A DNA stretch of 63,108 nt, the filler included, from Basidiobolus ranarum (Eukaryota), in NCBI GenBank assembly GCA_040143965.1. It is 8 parts of 8 records of this genome, joined end to end, with 100 filler letters (N's around TTAATTAATTAA, not from the genome) between each part and the next. Parts side by side here need not be neighbours in the genome. Positions count along the whole stretch, not along the records: positions 7,921 to 15,737 come from JASJQH010007934.1; positions 15,838 to 23,650 come from JASJQH010007935.1; positions 23,751 to 31,551 come from JASJQH010007936.1; 5 more parts are not named here. One strand, written 5' to 3'. The notes below the pieces were generated by a model that saw only the letters and a list, made by a program, of their open reading frames with translations, was not told the DNA's origin and did not search any database. Positions within the stretch are counted from its first letter, which is position 1; each line of letters starts with the position of its first letter. Shown one piece after another: positions 12,217 to 25,175 of the stretch. A program made the position numbers and the translations under genes.

Positions 12217-13325
12217 TCGACCCACAGCCATGGTCATTCTTAAGGTCGCTTGCACACTCACTTTTCCTTTAGTTATTATTCAATTTGCTCATATTTGGTT
12301 TGTGCTCAGCATTTACATGTTAGCTATATATATTTTGAAGTGGCAAGTTGCTGTGAAATTCGTTGAACCTCTTTGTTAGCCATAAGCTCTTGAACCATTC
12401 TTCACTATAACCACCTTAATAGATAGATAAGTAAACCTGCGTTTCTACAAATATTTCCCGTTCTTTGATGTAAAGATTTTTGTAAAAATAAACATATTGA
12501 AATGAGCTTTAATATCCAGTATTTTAAGCATACTAAATAAAAGACTCGCTTACATAATATAACCTTGAAGTAGCAGGTTTCCCCAGAGTATTAAATATAT
12601 GTCAAGCCTTTGTCTTGATGCTCCATATAGGTTTTAGATAAAAGAAACTCAAAAACAATTGGATGCTGTTGACAGTCATAACCCCTAACCCTTTAAGCAT
12701 TTCCCGTCAATGATTACTCACTCGATACATATCCGATAAGCAAAGATTCCTTGACCAGTAGATGAGATGGTTAAGAAGGGGTGGAAAACAAACCCGGTGT
12801 CCCAAACTAACCCTGGTTAAATTAATCTCACTATCTCACTACACACCCCTTCCCCCATCAGCTACTGTTGGTCTCTGAATCAAGCACGAGGATCTTGGAT
12901 CATGCAATTTTGAAATAAATATTGAATTCTATACCCTGAGATCAGTTTAGCAGCTCTTCAGAGAAACATTTATCAGGACGCACCTTTGTTAATTAAAGAT
13001 GAGCTATATTAAGAATTGAACCTTAAAAGGCGGTCCAGTTGAATGTTATTGTATACAGTGACATTGATTACTATTAAAGTAGTTTGCTTTCAGAGATATC
13101 TCAGTAAATTTGGAAATGAAGATATCATCATTGCAAGGAGCATTACAACTCCTATTTTTCCATTCCTTTCATTGGCTTAGTGAGTCAAATCATAGAAAAT
13201 TGGATTGGTGGAATCCATTCCTTTTTTTCTGAGTATCTATTCCCTCATTCTCCTGTGCTTCCTTATCTCTACTTTTTGTTATTGTCTACTCTGCTTCCTT
13301 GGATTTCCCAACACCTTTCAATAAT

Positions 13326-14986
13326 ATGGAGCCACTGCAAAAACCCCGTAACGTTGCGCACCAATTGTATAAGCTCTATGGTTTGATCATATACACTATA
13401 CATTCCCAACTTAACATCAACTAACGCCATTGTCGATTGTTCTCGCTACTACTTTCGTGTTCATAGATTTACTAGATAGAGGTCTCATTGATCTGAGTAA
13501 GCAATCATAACTCACTATAACAATATCTTCACCCCACTTATCTTTCATTATCTCTTTACTTACGCTAACACCAGCTCCCGAATTCCAACGTGATGTGGTC
13601 TGGCCAGGTACCTTATTTATTTTCCAACCTTGTTACTACTATTACCCAGCTAAAACAAGTTACTTGTAGAAAAAAAGATGTCCCACTTGATAGATTCAGT
13701 GTTGAAGAACTTTTATGTTCCTCCAGTGATTTTCTCCTGTAAACGTTTACCAGATGGTCGAGTATTAAAAGTTTGCATTGATGGAAAGCAAAGATTAACA
13801 GCTATAAGAAGGTAACACTCACTATATATATTGGACCGGTGTAACTCGTTGTTCTAAATTAATTGAATGACATTTCAAAAGATTTATGAGCAATGAAATT
13901 CCTCATCTTGATCCCTTTGAGGAAAGCGCCGTCAAACGTTACTATAAGGAAGATCCTTCGTACCCAAAACGTAAAACATTATCCCTACGCGAGCAAGAAG
14001 ATTTCCAGTACTCTGAATTTGTTTGCAGTAAATTTCACCTTTACTTTATGTCTTTAAAATCATTAGTTGGCTAACTGTCTTGAAAATAGTTGAGTACACA
14101 GATTTAACACCAACTCAAGAACACGAGATTTTCTCCAGAGTGCAGTTAGGTGTAGCTCTAAGCGTTGCAGGTAAGAACAGATAGTGACATGAAAGTATTA
14201 GTGTTCAAGTAGACTAATCTATCTACATTCAAAAGAAAAACTCCAAGCTATTGCAAGCCCAATGTCTAATTACGTTCGAACGATTATTGAGGACTATCCA
14301 GCACTGTCTACCATTATGGATACTAAGCGCGCGCGTCCTTTCTTACTAATTGGCCAAGCACTTCATATTATGCACAATGAGCCTGACCGATTCATTTCCA
14401 CTTCTCCAGCAATTGAAAAATTTCTGAAAAGAGGCGATACTGTGGATCCTGCTCTTCAATCCAAAGCAAAGAGAACCTTTGAGACATACTCTACGTTAAT
14501 CCGTACTTACCCGGACATTTTCGAAACACCTACGAAAATGGCACCAATCGAATTTGTGATGTTCTCTTATGTAATTGCACGCTACCCAGAACGCGGAAAT
14601 GAACAGCTCAAACAGGATCTTCGCAACATGAGGGATCACGTCCGTAACAAGTATATTGATATCCGTTTCAACACCGCTGTGTACAACTGCATTATGGATT
14701 TTATTGTTAATATTGATGATGAAATGGATCGCGAATCTGCATATACCAATGGGGATAAAGAAGATCACAAACATGATTTGAGCGAAGAGGACATGGAGGC
14801 CACCGACTTTAAACGTGTCAAGGCTGAGCCTGTGGAGGATAATAACACGTAAGTCTTAAGCTTACTATTGGATGCAAGCGATGTTTACTAATATGTTATA
14901 GTGAGGCACTAAGTTTCCAACCCATCAGTGGTAAGGTTACGCAACGACCCCAGATGTTCTCCGCTGGAAAAGCACCAAACGTATAA
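13326..14986 (+). CDS. DUF262 (GmrSD N-terminal / ParB-like) domain protein, multi-exon
   Basis: Spliced MEPLQKPRNVAHQLYKLY-DLLDRGLIDL-PEFQRDVVW-LIDSVLKNFYVPPVIF...CIDGKQRLTAIRR-F...EIFSRVQLG, matching the QR, DGQQR and FxRxN-like motifs of DUF262. Probable last exon ~14901-14986. Confidence 0.85.
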
Positions 14987-15737
14987 GTATGAAGATCATC
15001 ATGGCTCAATATGTACATAGCCTATCAATGTTGATCCAGGGATTAGTGAAGCCCAAAACCAAACCCAAAAAAACCCATTCCAGCAAGTAAAAAGGAAAGG
15101 ATGAGTGAAGGTGGATTCATTGCCGTTTTTGACAAACTCTAAGACATTTGTAGCATATTTCTTCAATTGTGTTTACGACCTTCCTGCCTCTTTCTGCATA
15201 CCTATTTCGATCCCTGTTTCACGTATTTTTACCTCTTACTCTTTGTTTTGCCTGCTTGTTAGAATTCATCAATACATAATTTAAATAAACGTTAATCATT
15301 CCATCTTGAACGTTACTGTCGCAATAGCTTGTTTGTTATGGATAATCTCTGCTCTTATTTGAGATTAAGCTATGTTTACAAGGATTCCTTGGCTCTCTTG
15401 TAAACATACTTTAAAAGTCGCGTCACGGACCCACGCGCCATGGCACGCGTCATACCTTTCCTAAATAGGGTATGCATTAGATGCATCTTTTGACTGTGAA
15501 AGAAGCCTCGTGTTTCTACCGCCCAAAGTGGTTAAAAATAAACAATACATCAGTGATTTGTTGTGCACTGTATGGTACAGAACCAAACCACTCTTTATCA
15601 CTGTTTACAGTTATGAAGAGAGAATCTACCCTAACCCTAACCATAACCATACATGGCTCACCAATTAAGTAAGATTATCTTCTTTAGGCTGGTGTTGTTG
15701 ATTTAATTAACTCTCAAGCATTGACCCAATCATGACT

Positions 15738-15837
15738 NNNNNNNNNNNNNNNNNNNNNNNNNNNNNNNNNNNNNNNNNNNNTTAATTAATTAANNNNNNN
15801 NNNNNNNNNNNNNNNNNNNNNNNNNNNNNNNNNNNNN
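15738..15837. other. Artificial contig linker
   Basis: N44-TTAATTAATTAA-N44. Confidence 0.98.
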
Positions 15838-18413
15838 CATAGTAAAAATAATGTCAGTTTTGAATTGCCAATCCAAGGTATACCTAGCTTTGCGTGGTTT
15901 TATTAAAATTCTTTGAGCTGGAGAATTCTGTGTCTCACTATAACTCAGATTTGCTGAGGCATCTACTCGGCTGTTGTGTATACGCATTACCCCATAGAAA
16001 ATCCTTATGATGCTGTAGATTTAACATACCCCATCATTTGTTCAAATTCTCCTATCTCACCATATTGATTTAGTTCGTTTAGAGGCTTATTGCGAATGAC
16101 CCCATTCCAAAGAATTATTCCAAACAATTGCGAAATATAATAGATGATGAATCTGCAACCAGGTCCAGCGAAATATACTTATATTCTATGTTCTATAGTA
16201 AGACCTGCTATACTTGACCAGTCCCCACCACTGGGCATAGGTCGTGCAGTTTACCAACACATTTTCATTTTGTCGGGTACTATTCGGTTAGATGCAGCAT
16301 GTTGATATAGCAAAACTCCATGACAAAGCGTGGATTTTAATATAGCAATCAAATCATAGTGATGAGTATTGAATCACTTTGTTATGGTTTTATACATGTG
16401 AAAATATCATTTCTACCATATGGGTGATCTGGAGTATGACTCATGACAATTGCTTTTGATTCTCCCAGTAGCCATTCTCAAGAGAAGCACATTGGTTCTA
16501 GTTCGAAAGTATTCTCAGACTTCAAGGTGATATTTCATCAATTTTAAAGAACTAGCTCTTCAACGAATTTTAGGCCCTCGAGCCTTATATTTGAGTTGGA
16601 GCAACAAATACGTGGTTTCACGCATGTAACTTCTCACTACACGAACCTCGTCCAAGACCTTCTTCAGTAACGAAATACTACTCTGAGAGTAAGTGTAGCC
16701 TTTACATCGTCAGATCAATCTATAGAACGTAAGGTTTGTATACGCTAAGGGTTTCGGATTTTTTGAACCATTGCTTTATTGAGAAATCGATTCCAATAAT
16801 TGGGCTGTTGTAGAAATGTCCATCTTCTAGTAACCCTCTATTTAGGTTGAGATAATCCATAAGTTGAAACATCCCTCACATTTTTGAAAATTATCAACTC
16901 TACCATTGTGTCGTACGGATGGTTACGAGTTTCTTTCCTGTTACTCTTCCTGCACTAACCATCAGCAAAATTAACGAGATAGATGAACGTGGAGTTGAAG
17001 CACTCATGTACGAGGGAAAATATTGATAGCACCGATATTTACTTCATACCCATTTACTGTATGTTCCACCTTTATACGGAATTTGACCCGATTAAACAAC
17101 GTGATCGCAGCCAGAGCTTATTTACCTTGTTATTTCCTAAAGCTGCACCAAACACAAATATCGCACGAAAATTTCCGCATCTTCAACGGTACTACAGATA
17201 TAATGTCATTATTTGCAAGAGGAAGGTTACCACGTTTGTACATACATATTCGAATGTTCGCAATACTGAGCTATGATTTATCAACAAGATGATCGGTCAT
17301 TAGGGCCCAGGCTCAAACTGCTTTTTCCATCACCATTGACAACCCAGTGGCTCTGGTTTAGCTCCTGACCCAATATATTCCGTCCAACTCTTCCAAGAAG
17401 CTTCAACTCGGAATTCGAAGGGAAAACCGACGCCAAGTAAGCCAGCATTTGCTTTCGCAACATTACTCAATAGCGGATATTTCTGTGAGTCTTCAATCAT
17501 CGGATCTATTGGAAAGTTTCCCAGGGGTGACAAGATGTCGATGAATCTATCTCACCAGTGTACTAGATATTTTGAATCTTTCCTATTGATCAATTGCTAC
17601 CTTAGGCCTATCTTTAATATTGACAATTTCGGCATGGAGTTTTTTGTGAACGTCCGATTTTCCTTTATTGGCTTCACGAGAGACAAAAGATGTAAATGAC
17701 TAAATTTAGCGATTCAAATTTGATAATCTTCAGACGTGGTATAGTGGATCTACAATTTGGCAGTAATTTGCTTGAGTTATTCATTTTTTGAGCCACCCTT
17801 AGCCGTCACGATGTTACCAACTAGGTGACAACCGCCTTTGGTAAGCATCATTTAGTGTTCACTGTGCCCACTTTTGAAATGGAATTTTCTAATTCCAACC
17901 TGAACTTACTTCTTGAATTTGTCTAGTATTTGGGATTGACAGAAGCCTTTTGAAGTGCACTCCCCAAAGTCTGTTTTCTTACTGCTCCGGTTTGCTTGCA
18001 TTTACAAGGCAAACCCTAAAGATGGTTTAGATGGTTTTGGTCAATCGGAAATAACACCTTCGATGGTGGAATTAAATGAAGTTAACACAAGTTAGAGGCG
18101 TAGCCGAAACCCTTAATAATGTATGCTCAGTAGCAATAAATAAATTAGCACACTGTTGGCCAAATATATCGATTTAAAGATGGGATTCACTTCGCTATCT
18201 AAGATCTTTGAGCCTTCCCAAACAGCGCTATGATGTGCTACAGGCTATAATGTAATATCCTATATATATTTGCTTCACGATGTCCTTGTGTTCTTGTACT
18301 ACAACATGCAAATTGTTCTTAAAAGGAGTCAAAGTAGCTATCATTTGAAGGTTGAAAGTTCATCACTGCGTACTTATCCAAAATTTCGATCGGAAAAGTT
18401 CTGTACGAGAGAA

Positions 18414-19838
18414 ATGGAGACGGTTCAAATTGTTCTCATCATCATAGCAGCCATATGGAATATTCACATTATCGTTTCTATGGCTTTGTTATGGCAGAGA
18501 AGACATTTAGATACCGTTAGATATCGCTCTCCTGGGCTAACATGTGTTAGTGCTGTTTCTTCAATGGTGCTGATCGCGATTTATGTTGCCTTGCTTCCCA
18601 TGCAGAAATTCCCTTGTTTCCTAAATCTTTGGATCACGTCTTTGGTCCAACCACTTCTTTACCTGACTATCCTAGCGCGTGCATTAAGGTTGTTGTTTTT
18701 CTACCAATTCAGTGAGGCAAGACTAGCTGTTGCCCTAAATAAACCGGAAAAATCTACATACCGACCCAAATCCATCATTCAAATATTCACTGCAAGTAGA
18801 AGGAAAAGTGATGGGTCGGCCTACGAGCTTCACGGCTTAACCGACAGCCCAACTCCGCCTTTACCTTCTGACTCTATCGTCCAAGATATACCTCCGCCAA
18901 TATGGGGATACAGGGGGAATGATTTGAGTCAAAATTGGTATTATCGTCGACGATACATGTTGTCTGGACAGTTCATAGCCACTGTGATCGCCATGATATT
19001 GATGTTTCATCTTTGCGTGGTATTTATCGTTCAACTTTTGAGCAAGCGATTTGCATTATATCCTGCCATTCATACAGAAGATTGCATGCGAGGCTGGGAG
19101 TATTATCCACATGACGTATTCGCATGCATTTATATTCTGATATTTTTCCCATTTCTGATTTATAAATTATGGTCCGTTAAAGATGCATATGGGATTAGGG
19201 TGGAGTTGATAGCCACATCGTTAATCTCGTGCATTGGATTTTTCATCTTTCTCATGACGCTCATATTCGGGAAAGATACCAGCTTTAGTAAGGACATTCC
19301 GCATAGCTTATGGTGGGGTTTACCCCTAATGGTGGTCAGTTTTTTCACTGTCACCTATCCCCTGATCAAATGCTTGCCATACTCCTTCTCATGTTCCCGA
19401 CGTCTTTCATCCGAAACCGAGTATACGATGGAGGTTTTCGAGTCCCTTCTCAATAATCCCATACAATTTGAAAGTTTCAAGCTGTTTACAGTTTCAGATT
19501 TCACCATTGAAAACACTCTGTTCTATGAGCGTTGTCGTAACATCGCCTTGAGTGCACAGGAGGCGAATTGTAACAACAGTATTGATGTGGCCACTGAACT
19601 TCAGGAGATCTACAACACATTCATCAAAACTACCGCGGAATTCCAGGTGAATTTGGAATCGGAGACTCGGAAATCATTACTAGACAAAGTAGAGAAGGAA
19701 TTGTTCACTTTAGATATGTACGAGTCGGCAGTGGAGGAGATTAAATTCCTAATGTTTCGTAATACCTATCTTCGTTATCTTACCCAAGCGAAAACCAGAC
19801 GGGTAGACTGGGAGGGTAAGAGTGAGGGATTTATATAG
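18414..19838 (+). CDS. 7TM-RGS protein (GprK/AtRGS1-like architecture), intronless
   Basis: About seven hydrophobic segments with YRSPGL and VKDAYGIRVEL motifs, then an RGS box FESFKLFTVSDFTIENTLFY...IYNTFIKTTAEFQVNL...EIKFLMFRNTYLRYL. ATG at 18414 preferred over the TTG start at 18270. Confidence 0.88.
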   Translation: METVQIVLIIIAAIWNIHIIVSMALLWQRRHLDTVRYRSPGLTCVSAVSSMVLIAIYVALLPMQKFPCFLNLWITSLVQPLLYLTILARALRLLFFYQFSEARLAVALNKPEKSTYRPKSIIQIFTASRRKSDGSAYELHGLTDSPTPPLPSDSIVQDIPPPIWGYRGNDLSQNWYYRRRYMLSGQFIATVIAMILMFHLCVVFIVQLLSKRFALYPAIHTEDCMRGWEYYPHDVFACIYILIFFPFLIYKLWSVKDAYGIRVELIATSLISCIGFFIFLMTLIFGKDTSFSKDIPHSLWWGLPLMVVSFFTVTYPLIKCLPYSFSCSRRLSSETEYTMEVFESLLNNPIQFESFKLFTVSDFTIENTLFYERCRNIALSAQEANCNNSIDVATELQEIYNTFIKTTAEFQVNLESETRKSLLDKVEKELFTLDMYESAVEEIKFLMFRNTYLRYLTQAKTRRVDWEGKSEGFI

Positions 19839-21344
19839 ATGATGTTTAGTATTAAACTACTGTTAACTCCTTTCGTCTCTCTTATCCATACCTTCTGCTG
19901 TTGATTCCTCCTTTGCATTCGAAACTTCCCCTTCTTACTATTAGAAAGCCCTATAAAATCCCATCTTTCTATTTTTCTAGCGTTTGTTTCTTCTGTGTTT
20001 GTTCCATAATTTCTCCTATATTCCTTTCTATTCCGTCAGATTTGTAATCCTATCCAAAGTACGGCTCTTCTATTCAAAACACTTTATATATGTAGACACA
20101 CAGGAACAATCCTACATTGATTCCATTTTAGATAATTACTACACCAGAATAAGGCAAGATGCCATAGAGTGAGTATTCATACTATTCAATAAACCTTTTG
20201 ATACTGTATCAGAGGCTTGCAAATCTTTAGTGAGACCATGTTCAACGATTCAAACAATCGTACCATCATGATATACCATCATGTATCAATAGATTTTCCA
20301 TCTATTTCTCAATCTTTTCAACTTTGTTAATTGAGCATGCAATACCTGGAGTTATATGACATAAGCACATCACTGTATCGTCTGAGCTAGTATGTAAGTG
20401 GGGATACATGAATGAGCCGGTAAAATCCGATAGTATAGATTCCATCCTTCCAATCCCTTCTCTTCGAAAGGTAGTTCTCGGAGCGAACTTACCCATCTAT
20501 AACAACTGGTTCGACCACACTTTTAATCCTGCCACTCGTCCAGAAAGTTATCTATGTCTTCATCCATTGTAAGCGTAGTTATCCAGAGTTTAACGGCAGG
20601 GATCGCTTATAGAGTAGCTCACGTGTTGGATTCTTCGATCTATCTAATGATGAATCGATCAAATTGAGTGGTTATGATGCATATAAGTCATTGAGAGTGA
20701 GAGTTTCTCAAGAGCAAAAAAGGCACTTCGCAAAAGGACAAGGATCTCTTAGATAATATGCTTTAGCTTCTACACCCTTACCAGTAGTATCTGTAAACCC
20801 AAATCTGATAGAGGAGCTTATGGTATCAGACATCACTGCACTGCACTGCACTGCCTACCAACCCCAATCAAGTGACAGGACGCATCCATGTTGAAAGGGA
20901 ATATTTAAGGTAATCAAGCTGTTGGTCGACAGTTATTAAGTATCATGGTAATTTGGCATAACACAAGCCATACAAACTATCTCAGCCCCCTGTCATTAGG
21001 TTTCATCTATTCACGTTTATACTCACGAGGGAATGATTCACTGGATGCTTTGAGCTATAAACTGGCTCGGCTTGGCTAAGTATTTCTGAAACCCCTATCG
21101 CATCCTGATAATATGGGCTTTCGCTTTCACTCTCGACCTAAAACCGTGGGGCCATTTAAGATTGGTTGGAAATTTCTACGCTGATAAGCCCAAGCAAGAG
21201 GATGTTTCTAAAATTATATCATAGCCTTTGATGACGGTGTGTCCACATCACTGTTTTGAAGACTAACATATAACCTGAACCTAGCAGAGGAAACGGGCGC
21301 ACACACATATATAGAGAGAGATTCCCTAAAATTGCAACCAAATC

Positions 21345-21854
21345 ATGCATATCCTTTTTGTTGCTCTATGCCTTCTGTCAACAGTGAGATTCAGCCTTGG
21401 CTGAGGATGTTACGGGCCTCAGTAGTGTCTACTCTATACCAACGAAATGTGCAATAGAGGGGTGCCGGTAAATAGTCCCGATTGTCAATGCGACTGTTGT
21501 CCCGCGTGTAATTCGTGTCCTCAACTTAATGCTGGATGCCATTCTACGAAGCTCAATTATACAGATTTATATTTTGAACAACCGCTGGGAACCTTCAGTC
21601 GGAATTCCCCAATTCCAGTAATATATCTCAAATCCAAACGGAACATTGACGGATTCTATTTTGGTGATCCATGTGTGAATCCAGCTCTACCCGCGGGGTT
21701 ATCTATTTCCAATCTAACTCAATCGGCTCCATTACCGGTGTATGCCCTCTCCGGAACTCCAGTGGAGTCGTCCGCCCCAACCCAGTACACACTCATCCTA
21801 CGTGGGTCTGTAAATACGTTAGCTGCTCTGAAATTTCAACTGGCAGTGAATTAA
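21345..21854 (+). pseudogene. Secreted Cys-rich protein with putative Ig (He_PIG-like) domain; two in-frame stops after the signal peptide
   Basis: ATG 21345 gives signal-like MHILFVALCLLSTVRFSLG, then TGA 21402 and TAG 21423, in frame with ORF 21447-21854 (CQCDCCPACNSC...LPAGLSI...LSGTP). Confidence 0.5.
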
Positions 21855-22239
21855 TTCTAATAGTAACATCTCAAGAGATATACCCAGGACTTATGAATAG
21901 GCTAACCTACATATTGTATTAAAATAGTTAGCTTCTTGAGCACAGTAATATTATGATGTTCAACGCTACTGTCCGACTCAATTGTCAAATTCAAACAGAC
22001 GGGCAGAATGGAATATCTTATTTGTAAACCATCGATTCTTCTGTATTTCAATATCTAATCTTTAAACTCTTCCATTCTTATGTTGACAACAATCTTTACA
22101 ATTCTTTTCATTTTTGACTGAAGAATTCACTTTAATAAACGCATTAGCCATTGACACAAAAGTACCTAGTCGTCAGCCTGTTCTCCAAATATCCAACGAA
22201 CAATTGCAAACCTTAATCAGCCATCAATGCGAGCAACAA

Positions 22240-23650
22240 TGTTAGCAACTCTATTATCTATATCCTGTGTTAGTTTTTCACCTATACATATCAAAAAAAC
22301 TATTAGCAATGATATTAATAATACTCTAATTGTAAGTAAAATACATTAAAACATCAAAAATGGTAATACTTAATATGATATTAATATTAGGTTTCTAATA
22401 CTTGTTATTCTATGTTTCATGAATCAAGATTTTGATGTTGAATTTGATTTATGTCTGCAATATCAAATGTAAAACATTTTCAATCACATTCAGAAGCTGG
22501 TAATGTGATCATTCTCCTCTTGGCAGAATAGTTTGTAAATTAGTCTTTGTATTGTGAGTACCTTTATTGCATCTAAGATAATATATACATGTCAAGTAAT
22601 AACATTATAGGCAACTATCCATTGATATTGCTGAGATATAAGAAATAAGCCCTTAATTATTCACACATCTTGCTCAGAAAAGTTGGTATTTACTTGTTGA
22701 ACATATCTGATATTTACTTAATATAATTAAAATATGTGATGAATTTGCTTTCTTAAGTATTAACCAGGATGAAAACCTTTCAAACTTGTCAAAAGCTTGC
22801 CAAACTTTAACCTCAAATCTCTGAACACTCTAGAAGCACATCCTTGTCATTTGTTTTCTTCATTCTTAGCATTAGTATATATACTTGATTCAAAACTGTT
22901 GGTCAATCTTGACAAAATGGTGGTAGACTTGGTATTTTTGAGACACTTATGATAGTGTTTTAGTTACTTTATTCTTAAGAGAATATGGTTACTTATATAG
23001 CACAGAAGTAAATCAATTGCTTGAGATATTCAGGAGTTTGTGTAATAGGATATAATAGATCAGTGAGGATAGTAAGACATACTGGTTATATAGATATGGA
23101 TATATCTCTAATTATAGTATAGCAGCCATAGATATGTGACTTTCTGTTTCTGACATATGTGTCCTAACTAATGCTAAATAACATGTTGAATAAAGATTAT
23201 TTATCCATCAAATACAATAAAACATCAAGTGGAATTTGAATATTTCTAAAAAAAAAAAAATCAATGTTAGATAACATAGGTTGGATCATGATAATATTGA
23301 TGCAATACTATTAAAAATCCTCCATAATACCAGCAACTTGGATTTTGACTGATTTTATGTCAATTACCCTATGGTTCTCTAACAGGACTCCTATAGCATT
23401 TTTTGACCACAATTTAATCCTGTTCACACAAACCTTACTCTGGATTCTGCCAGTTTTATGAATAAATATTTTGACCTTTAGCATGCATATATTTAGTACA
23501 CTTATATTCCCCATTCATAGTGCTTGTTATTTTCAACACTATTATTCTAGCTGTATCAAGAGTCTTAAAATACAATAAACTCCTCTTTCTTCATTATAAC
23601 AAGTTTTCAAGTGTGATTGAGCAGGCATTACTCCAAAATTTCGACATTTA
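22240..23650. mobile_element. Decayed AT-rich, CpG-depleted repeat/transposon remnant
   Basis: Almost no CpG and no intact ORF. 23125-23210 is homologous to 39570-39655 on another contig. Confidence 0.6.
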
Positions 23651-23750
23651 NNNNNNNNNNNNNNNNNNNNNNNNNNNNNNNNNNNNNNNNNNNNTTAATT
23701 AATTAANNNNNNNNNNNNNNNNNNNNNNNNNNNNNNNNNNNNNNNNNNNN
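23651..23750. other. Artificial contig linker
   Basis: N44-TTAATTAATTAA-N44. Confidence 0.98.
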
Positions 23751-24382
23751 TACGTCCTGAACCCGGAGTACCTCCGAATCACGGAACTGGCGCCACCACT
23801 TCCTGAACTCTTAGAAGTTGAGGTACTGACTGATATCCTAGAATGTGCTAGACTGCAACCACTCACCATCATTTCAAACTAGATCATTTCTGCGCAGCAG
23901 TTACCCAAACCGAAGCTCGCTAGTAAAGGCGAGATTGTCGACCCTTTTTGCGAACTGGAGGTGATCACCTCTACCGTAGTACGTCGTCGTACTCGTACGA
24001 TCGCAAACAACGGTTTCAATCCAATCTGGAAAGAAAAGTTTATCTTTGAGATCCATCGTCCGGAAATCACTTTTCTAAGATTTGCTATCTACGATCAAGG
24101 GATAGGCTCTGATGAGATTCTGGCTAGCTACTGCATCATGTTAGATAATTTACAACAAGGTAAGTATTTCGAGAATACTCATTGATCTGTATTCCCGCTT
24201 CTAAGGACAATACGGTTTGTGTTTTAGGCTATCGCCACCTGCCTCTCAAAGACTACAAAGGAGAGCGAATCCATTTTAGTCACGTCTTTATACGCTCCAA
24301 TCGACGACCCTTATCCAAACGAACTAGATCTTCCTCCACAATAGAAGATATCAAATTACCACCATCCATTCAATCCGTTTGA
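23751..24382 (+). CDS. PLC1: Phosphoinositide phospholipase C, 3' end (end of Y box plus C2 domain), 5'-partial
   Basis: Exons YVLNPEYLR / IISAQQLPKP...DPFCELEV...RTIANNGFNPIW...FLRFAIYD...LQQG / YRHLPL match the PLC C2 domain. Confidence 0.9.
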
Positions 24383-25175
24383 TTATACGTTGCTTTAACG
24401 TAGTTGCATTCCATCCCTCGTCACCCAACCCCCTTTCACATGTATTTATATATATCAAGCCTTCATAATGTTATTTTCTAAACCTCCCAAAGTGCATGGA
24501 GGTTCTTGTGTATTTCATTCTATTGCCTGTAAACCACACGACATTTGTTAATTGTCATTTTCGCCTTTCTTTCCGTTTGTTCTTCACTGTAAAGCCTGTA
24601 ATGTTAGTATCTGTACACGCTGAGTCAATTTCGCAAGCTAAACATTCTTGGTCCTAAGCCAAGGTTGAAAATTCCCATTTAGCAAGTTGTATTCGAATCG
24701 CGAATTTAATGGTACTTTGTTTACAACACCATACGTATTTGAACCACCTCGCACCAAGACCTCGGCAGGATCATCCAAGAGAACCACCATTGGTAGGATA
24801 GAATGATTGGTAAGAAGATGGGTTATCATTCCACAGGACAAATGAATAACTAGATATCCATGAAGAGTAAAGTTACTTCATTAAAACCAACCGTTTGAAA
24901 TGCATCATTTACATCTGCATATTGAATTTGACCTGGCAGGATAGTGGTAATTGTGAATGCAAGAACAGTCTATTACATGTTCATCCATCTGTTACAACGT
25001 TTCGTAGTTGCGTAGCTTCGTACAAATCCCAGAGATGAGGTGGATTAATTTGGTTAGATATGATGAAATATATTCATAACAAATTTACTAAACTATACTG
25101 ATATGTGGCGGAGTTTTGGGGGAACACTATAAAGTCCCTGGGAATTATTCCCGTAAATTTTTATCTAACAAGAGT

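Noticed and set aside
17281-17560. Possible aspartic protease relic (AGLLGVGFP) on the minus strand
   Set aside because: Only one short motif, no catalytic DTG and no coherent gene model.
20834-20853. (CTGCA)n microsatellite
   Set aside because: About four units, an ordinary simple repeat.
21402-21404. TGA as selenocysteine
   Set aside because: A TAG follows seven codons later in the same frame and no SECIS could be identified. Decay or a short intron is simpler.
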